This document shows positions 16,965 to 22,243 of a stretch of 22,243 bases of DNA, one piece after another. This stretch comes from an uncultured archaeon. Lineage in GTDB: Archaea; Iainarchaeota; Iainarchaeia; Iainarchaeales; CSSED10-239. Location: positions 23,289 to 45,531 of the forward strand of contig CAZCAP010000001.1 in the NCBI GenBank assembly GCA_964496765.1. Reading direction: 5' to 3'. Made by a program: the position numbers and the translations under genes. Positions within the stretch are counted from its first letter, which is position 1. Each line of letters opens with the position of its first letter. The notes under the pieces are model-generated. The model was not told the origin of the DNA. It was given only the letters and a program-made list of their open reading frames with translations, and made no database searches.

Positions 16965-18166
16965 ATAAATCCTCTTACCACAACAATTGGAGTGTTTGCA
17001 TCTGCTGAACCACTTACTAGATCAGCAAGAGCAGATACAAGATTCTCAATCTTTCTAGGAGTTGTTCCCTGGGCATTGAAACTATCCTTTTTTTTTTCTT
17101 TTAGAAACTTCTGTTTTTCTTTTTCAATTAATTTTAAAATTTCTTCTTTCTTTTTTCCTTCTGCATAGAGTTTTTGCATCAGATATTTTGTCTTAACTCC
17201 AATTCTATTCTTATTTTTAATTCCTGGAGTTACACCAAAAGCAGAAACTGGATCAGCAAGCTCATATATTCCTGATTCTGGATCCTTATATCCGCCATCA
17301 CCCTTAATTATAATTTCTACATCTTTCTTTAATTCTTTTTTAATTCTTTTTTGTATTTCAAGTGCTAGCTTATCAGTTGCATGTGGAGCAAGTTTTAATA
17401 TCTCTCTTTCTGGATCTAGAATATTTGAACCAAGAAGCCCATATTCACTATAAACCTTTAATTTAGGATTTGAACAAATATTTTGTAAAGTAATTACGTT
17501 CTTGAATTTTTTCTTAACCTTAGCTAAAACTTCTTCTCTAGCATGTACATTTGCAACAATAATTGCATTTGGTTTCTTTGATATCATATGGTCAACCATA
17601 TTGGATAAATAAATTTCAGCCTTTGGACAATGCTTAGCAACTATATCCCTATATACTTGAATATAATCTAATCCTGTTTCCGGATGTAGATATCTTTTTG
17701 ATTTAGGAATATCCTTTTCACTAATTTGAGCTTCATACTTAATATTATTTTTAATCATATAATCCTTAGCAAGTATTGGATTCCCCTGTTCATCTGTTGG
17801 AAAAGATAATTGAACAATTACCTTGCCTTTTGGAACACATTTAGAAATTGCCTTAAGTATCATTGAGAATCTATTCCTTGAAAGAATAGGAAATAATACT
17901 CCTACAACCTGATTATCTTTAAGATTAAGTTTATTTTTAATCTCAACTTTAACATCATTTAAATAAACAACATTATGTTGGGTGATTGCAGTAACTGCTT
18001 CTCCAATACAAATAATATCTTTATTTTGTAAAAGATCAGGATTTTTTTTGAATGTGTTTACAACTACATCAGAAATCTTATCATCAAATGTAATAATTCC
18101 TGTTTTAACACCATAGGCAATAACTCCAACATTTTCTTTTGTGAACATAATAATATCAAACTCCAA
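16961..18166 (-). CDS. CofE-like protein (F420-0:gamma-glutamyl ligase fold) with an internal insertion of about 150 aa
   Basis: The N-terminal segment GIITFDDKISDVVVNTFKK...KDIICIGEAVTAITQHNVVYLNDV parallels CofE EGDNLAEII...GDVIVVAETVVSKAEGRVINLNDV. The central segment is GSNILDPE..LAPHATDKLALEIQKRIKKELKKDVEIIIKGDGG. The C-terminus LVSALADLVSGSADANTPIVVVRGF parallels ELASAASLVMGQADEGIPVVIIRG. The start is TTG at 18166; an alternative ATG lies at 18148. Confidence 0.6.
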   Translation of the reverse strand: MEFDIIMFTKENVGVIAYGVKTGIITFDDKISDVVVNTFKKNPDLLQNKDIICIGEAVTAITQHNVVYLNDVKVEIKNKLNLKDNQVVGVLFPILSRNRFSMILKAISKCVPKGKVIVQLSFPTDEQGNPILAKDYMIKNNIKYEAQISEKDIPKSKRYLHPETGLDYIQVYRDIVAKHCPKAEIYLSNMVDHMISKKPNAIIVANVHAREEVLAKVKKKFKNVITLQNICSNPKLKVYSEYGLLGSNILDPEREILKLAPHATDKLALEIQKRIKKELKKDVEIIIKGDGGYKDPESGIYELADPVSAFGVTPGIKNKNRIGVKTKYLMQKLYAEGKKKEEILKLIEKEKQKFLKEKKKDSFNAQGTTPRKIENLVSALADLVSGSADANTPIVVVRGFI

Positions 18167-18292
18167 ATCATTTTAAGTAAATTAATTTAATAAAAGAGGA
18201 ATAGGTTTAAAAATACTTTTCTTTACACTTTATATAGTTTTTTTAAATAAAAAATAAAAAAACTAGTTTGAAACAAGGTAAAAAGAAGTGAT

Positions 18293-18574
18293 TTGATTAT
18301 GGTATTATATAAGTATTGTCCAGCATGCTATTCATTGAGTATTATGTTTGATGCGGCTAGTGGAAATTACATCTGTACAATGTGTGGTAGAATAGGTGAC
18401 ATTAAATCTGATTCAATAGATAGAATAAATGAAATGAAGAAGTCAACAAAACCTGGTGGAACTAAATTTGTTGAATCTAGTGCAACCATTAAGCACAAAG
18501 TAGATGATGGTGTTTCGTTATCAGAAAAAATAAAGAACAAGCCTGGGGCATCCAAGGACTTTGAGCTTGTTTAA
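18293..18574 (+). CDS. Small stand-alone TFIIB-type zinc-ribbon protein
   Basis: CPACYSLSIMFDAASGNYICTMCG matches the C-P-x-C...(x15)...C-x2-C-G pattern and spacing of the TFB/TFIIB N-terminal ribbon. The rest of the protein (~60 aa) is polar and low-complexity, with no cyclin folds. The start is TTG at 18293 or ATG at 18299. Confidence 0.55.
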   Translation: MIMVLYKYCPACYSLSIMFDAASGNYICTMCGRIGDIKSDSIDRINEMKKSTKPGGTKFVESSATIKHKVDDGVSLSEKIKNKPGASKDFELV

Positions 18575-18588
18575 CACAAATTTCAAAT

Positions 18589-19455
18589 TTATTTTAATTG
18601 ATTTAAATCCCAATCCATCATATGCTCTAATAATTGTAGATTAGAATCAATCATATCAAATAAATACAGTTTTTTGGTTCTAATGTCAATCATTACATTT
18701 CTTAAAGTACAATCCCCAAATCCTAGTTTTTGCTCCTCTTGATTTGTCATGGGCTCTATTTTTTTTTTAATTTTTAAAATATCTGTTGAGTCCATTAATG
18801 GAGTAGAGGTGTGTGTTGAATCTAATAAGTCTTGTAAAACTCTATAGTGCCCCATATTTTTGAATTCATAAAACATGAATGATCTATGTTCAGTTTTATC
18901 AAAGTATCCTAAATAGGGTTTAACTATTCTATAGCCCATTTTTTGAAGCTTATGCAATGCACTTATTTCATTAAACGCTTGAACTTTATTAAGTCTTGGA
19001 TTCATATCATTCATAAATTTTCCAAATAATTTTGTTTTTTTACCATTAATATCAATCATAACCTTATAAAATGTATTTGTGGCATTACTGTATTTTTTTA
19101 ATCGATTACTATTTTCTGAAAAAGAAGCAACATATTCTGATTTCATTATTTTATAAGAAAATTTATCCCCTGATTTGTTAGTCCCTTTAACTTCATGAAC
19201 TAATTTATTAGGATTTTTTGCAAGTTCATGAATGTCTTTCAATAAACCAGTGCACTTTCTTAGAATATTTCTGGCTTCTGGGGAATATGCAATTCTTTTA
19301 TTTGCAATCTTTGCAAATGTACGATTTTGTATGCTTTTTTTCATTATTTCAGAAGTATGATCTATAAATTTAATTTTATGTGTTCGTTCATATTTGTTTC
19401 TTAATAAATTTGAAGAACTAACTTCTCCAATCGGTTTCTTTACAATGACTTTCAT
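18589..19455 (-). CDS. Hypothetical protein with an atypical protein-kinase-like (RIO/Bud32/APH-like) C-terminal core
   Basis: The catalytic-loop-like motif is GFGDCTLRN (D248-x4-N253). LYLFD (D267) fits a DFG-equivalent, FMFYEF is hinge-like, and NEISALHKLQKMGYRIVKPY is alphaC/beta4-like. There is no clear Gly-rich loop. The start overlaps the upstream stop as ATGA. That this is a gene is well supported; the fold assignment is inference. Confidence 0.45.
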   Translation of the reverse strand: MKVIVKKPIGEVSSSNLLRNKYERTHKIKFIDHTSEIMKKSIQNRTFAKIANKRIAYSPEARNILRKCTGLLKDIHELAKNPNKLVHEVKGTNKSGDKFSYKIMKSEYVASFSENSNRLKKYSNATNTFYKVMIDINGKKTKLFGKFMNDMNPRLNKVQAFNEISALHKLQKMGYRIVKPYLGYFDKTEHRSFMFYEFKNMGHYRVLQDLLDSTHTSTPLMDSTDILKIKKKIEPMTNQEEQKLGFGDCTLRNVMIDIRTKKLYLFDMIDSNLQLLEHMMDWDLNQLK

Positions 19456-20309
19456 AATTTCTCAAACTCCTTTTTCAAAAGTAAAGCATCTCTAGCAGGA
19501 TCAGGAGATTCACAAATTATTGTTCCTTTTGCTTTTATATCCTTTAATCCGTCTAATATTTTTTTATAGGGGATATCAGATTCATCTAACATCAAATGAT
19601 TTCTTTCTCCCTTTTCAGTATAATTTATTCCAGAAAGATGAATATGCATTTTATCAACCACATCAGGGTAACTTTTTAAAATTCCAAATGTACTGTCCAA
19701 GTTACTTTGCTTTTTAAAGAATCCATTCTCTCTTGCATGAAGATGTGCAAAATCAATTACAGGAAGAAGAAACTTATGATCTAACTTATCATATAAACTT
19801 AAGATTTCTTCAAGAGATCCTATTTGTGTTTTCTTACCAACAAGTTCAGTACCCAATAAAACAGAACCTTTGAACTTTTCCTGTAGATAAAGAAGTTCTT
19901 TTTCTACCTTTTTTAGGGCTTCTTTGGGATCATCCTTTAGAAAAAAACCAATGTGGAATACAACTACTCTCGCACCTATCTTTTCTCCAACATTTAAAGA
20001 ATCAAGAATGTATCTATAACTATTTTGAATTTTAATTTCTTCCTTAGTATTTAAATTAATAAAATAAGGTGCATGTATGCTTAATGGGAAATCAAGCTTT
20101 TTTGCATTATTCTTAATTTCATCAAGCTTTTCTTGGGAACTATTTTTAAGATATATTTGTCTAACAAACTCAATTTCAAGAGTATCAAGACCTGCTTTCT
20201 TAATTGCAGGAATTGCATCAGCAGTAGGATTTTTTGAAGATATTGGTATTTGTATTAGATCATCCCCACCAAACCCTGCTGGTCCAAACAATAATTTATT
20301 AAATTTCAT
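19452..20309 (-). CDS. AP endonuclease family 2 / endonuclease IV-like TIM-barrel protein (xylose-isomerase-like fold)
   Basis: The order of conserved metal-ligand blocks is collinear with E. coli Nfo. The blocks are SIHAPYFINL, VVVFHIG, LGTELVG, VIDFAHLHA, MHIHLSG, ERNHLML and IICESP. The specific activity (DNA repair versus sugar isomerase-type) is not resolvable here. Confidence 0.65.
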   Translation of the reverse strand: MKFNKLLFGPAGFGGDDLIQIPISSKNPTADAIPAIKKAGLDTLEIEFVRQIYLKNSSQEKLDEIKNNAKKLDFPLSIHAPYFINLNTKEEIKIQNSYRYILDSLNVGEKIGARVVVFHIGFFLKDDPKEALKKVEKELLYLQEKFKGSVLLGTELVGKKTQIGSLEEILSLYDKLDHKFLLPVIDFAHLHARENGFFKKQSNLDSTFGILKSYPDVVDKMHIHLSGINYTEKGERNHLMLDESDIPYKKILDGLKDIKAKGTIICESPDPARDALLLKKEFEKL

Positions 20310-20761
20310 AATTTTTCTTCATCAAAATATAATTTCATACAAACTGCTTTTTCTTGAAAACCAAACTTTCCATAAAATTTTACAAGATTGTCTTTACAAT
20401 CAAGAATAAGTCTATAGCATCCTTTCTCTTTTGCAAATTCAACACATTTTTTTGCAATTAAACTTGCAACAGCTTTTCCTTCAAACTCCTTCATAACAGA
20501 AAGATCTTCCATGTGAGCAGCAACTACCCCATTTCTTAAAAATTTAGGCTCTAAGAAAAGAGTGCATGTTCCAACTAACCTCTGATTATCAACAATTGCA
20601 ACAAAAACATGACCCTCACAGGAATTGATGTTATGTAATATATGTTTTGCTTTTATTAAATCAAATTCGCCCTGTGGTTTTAGATTATCTAGGGTTTTAT
20701 AAAAATCAGGCCCAAATTTTTCTAAATCTGACTCTTCTAATTCCTTAATTTTTATATCCAT
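20306..20761 (-). CDS. GNAT acetyltransferase resembling eukaryote-type glucosamine-6-phosphate N-acetyltransferase (GNA1)
   Basis: AHMEDLSVMKEFEGKAVASLIAKKCVEFAKEKGCYRLILDCKDNLVKFYGKFGFQEK parallels yeast GNA1 GHIEDIAVNSKYQGQGLGKLLIDQLVTIGFDYGCYKIILDCDEKNVKFYEKCGF. Confidence 0.75.
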   Translation of the reverse strand: MDIKIKELEESDLEKFGPDFYKTLDNLKPQGEFDLIKAKHILHNINSCEGHVFVAIVDNQRLVGTCTLFLEPKFLRNGVVAAHMEDLSVMKEFEGKAVASLIAKKCVEFAKEKGCYRLILDCKDNLVKFYGKFGFQEKAVCMKLYFDEEKL

Positions 20762-20775
20762 AAAATCATCTTGTT

Positions 20776-20970
20776 TTATTTCTTTTCAGTTACTTTTATG
20801 CATTGTACTGGACAGATATCAGCTGCTTTTTTATTGCACCCAATCTCTTTAACCTCTGTTTTAATTGGTTTTGGTTTAGTTCCAGAGAACTTCCAATTTC
20901 CAGGGCAAATAGAAACACATGCTCCACAACCAATACACGCTTTTTCATCATGCTTTATAATAAATACCAT
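20776..20970 (-). CDS. Small single-cluster [4Fe-4S] ferredoxin (Pyrococcus/Thermotoga type)
   Basis: CIGCGACVSICP plus a distal CPVQC supplies the four cluster ligands, with extra Cys residues. The track start (GTG at 20977-20979) lies inside a GGTGA motif (20976-20980), 5 nt upstream of the ATG at 20968-20970, so I prefer the ATG start. Confidence 0.75.
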   Translation of the reverse strand: MVFIIKHDEKACIGCGACVSICPGNWKFSGTKPKPIKTEVKEIGCNKKAADICPVQCIKVTEKK

Positions 20971-21089
20971 ATTTATCACCAGATTATCTTAATTTTTACT
21001 TGTTATTCTAATCTAATGTAAATGAACAGATATAAAAATATTTCTTTTTATGTTATATATGATTAAATATATTTATAGTTGACTAAAAT

Positions 21090-22243
21090 ATGGTTGAAAA
21101 ATTAAAAGACAGAAGAAGTCCTGGTGAAATATACTCTGGAATATCTGTTGAAGGTAGAGATTTTGGGGTTGATGATTCTCGTCTTATTAAAAGAAAGGAT
21201 AATAGGTTTGTTGCTTTCTGTAGATCAATTTACACAAGATTTCCAGGCCTAGGTGCAAATTCAAAATATGATCCTGAATTCCAAACAGCAATGGATTTTC
21301 TTAATTGGGACCTAAGACCAGAGGAATACACAGCAGCAACCAAATTTATTCTAATTGTTGGTTTAATTTTAGCTGCAATTATTGCTTTTGTTCTCTTTAT
21401 GTATGCTGTTGGACCAATGATTAGTTTATTTGGAAATGCAATAATGCCATACATAATCGCTATTGGTATTCCAATGCTTACGTTTATTTATACATTTATT
21501 ACATTTAGAAATTATCCTCTAACAAAGGTTCGTGATGAGAAAATAAAAGCTCTAACCTTTGTTCCAGAAATACTAGGTTACATGATAATGTCCATGAAAC
21601 TAGTCCCAAACCTAGAAAAAGCTGTTGAGTTTGCTTCAAATCATGGGCATGGTAAAATTGCTGATGATCTTAAAAGACTACTATGGGAAGTTAAGGTAGG
21701 GATTCAAGGGTCCGTTGCTGAGGCTCTTGATCAACTAGCCTATAAATGGGGAGACGTTTCAATTGAACTTAAAAAAGCTTTAATGAAAATTAGATCTTCG
21801 GTTATTGAAACAAGTGAGTCTAAGAGATATGCTATTCTTGATCAAACAATGGCTGATACTCTTGCATCCATTAAGAATAAGCTAGAGGATTATGCAAGAG
21901 GATTAAACCAACCAACAATGACAATGTTTTATTTAGGTGTTCTACTTCCTCTTCTCTTAATTATTGTTCTTCCTGTTGGTTCTGCGTTCTCTGGTTCTGC
22001 TCTAGCAAAACCAATATATTTAATCCTTATCTATAATATTGCTATACCAATTGCCTGTATAATGTTCGCAAGAAACATAATTAGAGGAAGACCAGCAACT
22101 TATAATCCTCCAGAGATTCCTCAGAACCATCCTGATCTCCCTCCTCGTCATACAATCAGGATTGGAAAAGCACCAATTAATGTTTTTATTATTATTCTAA
22201 TTGTTGGGGTTGCAATAATTGCAGGAAGCATATTCCTTCAAAC
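21090..22243 (+). CDS. Type IV pilus / archaellum platform membrane protein (FlaJ/TadC, T2SS-F domain family), partial (3' end off window)
   Basis: Manual translation gives 384 codons with no stop from the ATG at 21090 to the window end. An in-frame TAA lies at 21084-21086. The ORF is absent from the track because it is truncated. The architecture is two TM helices, a ~120-aa cytoplasmic helical domain, then further TM helices, as in FlaJ/TadB/C. The helical domain reads FVPEILGYMIMSMKLVPNLEKAVEFAS..GKIADDLKRLLWEVKVGIQGSVAEALDQLAYKW.... Confidence 0.6.
   Translation, partial: MVEKLKDRRSPGEIYSGISVEGRDFGVDDSRLIKRKDNRFVAFCRSIYTRFPGLGANSKYDPEFQTAMDFLNWDLRPEEYTAATKFILIVGLILAAIIAFVLFMYAVGPMISLFGNAIMPYIIAIGIPMLTFIYTFITFRNYPLTKVRDEKIKALTFVPEILGYMIMSMKLVPNLEKAVEFASNHGHGKIADDLKRLLWEVKVGIQGSVAEALDQLAYKWGDVSIELKKALMKIRSSVIETSESKRYAILDQTMADTLASIKNKLEDYARGLNQPTMTMFYLGVLLPLLLIIVLPVGSAFSGSALAKPIYLILIYNIAIPIACIMFARNIIRGRPATYNPPEIPQNHPDLPPRHTIRIGKAPINVFIIILIVGVAIIAGSIFLQ

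Noticed and set aside
18545-18574. The C-terminus of the zinc-ribbon protein (..SKDFELV) resembles the FtsZ C-terminal peptide (..NDFGLDEL), which hints at tail mimicry.
   Set aside because: Only a D-F-x-L pattern is shared across 4-5 residues. That is far too little to support a functional link.
20771-21454. ORFs 20771-20992(+) and 20803-21021(+) lie opposite the ferredoxin, and 21230-21454(-) lies opposite the FlaJ-like gene.
   Set aside because: The ferredoxin Cys motifs and the uninterrupted 384-codon plus-strand frame from 21090 explain these regions. The competing frames have no recognisable features.
1-22243. I searched for tRNA/rRNA genes, CRISPR arrays, transposases or integrases, long direct or inverted repeats, and defence-system genes.
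   Set aside because: No intergenic gap exceeds 254 nt. None of the gaps is GC-enriched, as structured RNAs usually are in AT-rich archaea. No regularly spaced repeats were seen, and no ORF has nuclease, recombinase or helicase signatures. A visual scan cannot exclude short or degenerate repeats.

Overview
This is an AT-rich, gene-dense window of about 22.2 kb (roughly 90% coding by inspection). I call 29 protein-coding genes, two of which run off the window edges and are therefore missing from the supplied ORF track. I found no rRNA, tRNA, CRISPR array, transposase, integrase or recognisable defence gene.

The gene content looks archaeal. It includes an FtsZ with the archaeal GVGGAGNN motif, a FlaJ/TadC-type pilus platform protein, a TFIIB-type zinc ribbon and a Pyrococcus-type single-cluster ferredoxin. 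The Lys/Ile/Asn-rich proteins suggest a small-genome AT-rich lineage such as DPANN, but that is inference and cannot be verified here.

Recognisable genes:
- COG2509-type FAD dehydrogenase, ftsZ and an ICMT/PEMT-type membrane methyltransferase
- a GtrA-like protein translationally coupled to an orphan receiver-domain protein
- AI-2E transporter, corA, an Fe-S-type U32 protein, an alpha/beta hydrolase and a SAM methyltransferase
- a COG4586-type ABC-2 transporter operon and a uraA-like uracil permease
- a CofE-like protein carrying a large insertion
- a tightly overlapping four-gene operon: ferredoxin, GNA1-type acetyltransferase, endonuclease-IV-fold TIM barrel, atypical kinase-like protein

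Two tandem pairs of paralogous small membrane proteins are also present.

I see no canonical 'system'. The best candidates for undescribed biology are:
- the four-gene overlapping operon at 18589-20979
- the receiver/GtrA coupled pair
- the double-module membrane paralogs at 8022-9161
- the stand-alone TFIIB-ribbon protein
- the 4-TM paralog pair convergent on ftsZ

All functional calls rest on motif recognition by eye; no searches were run.
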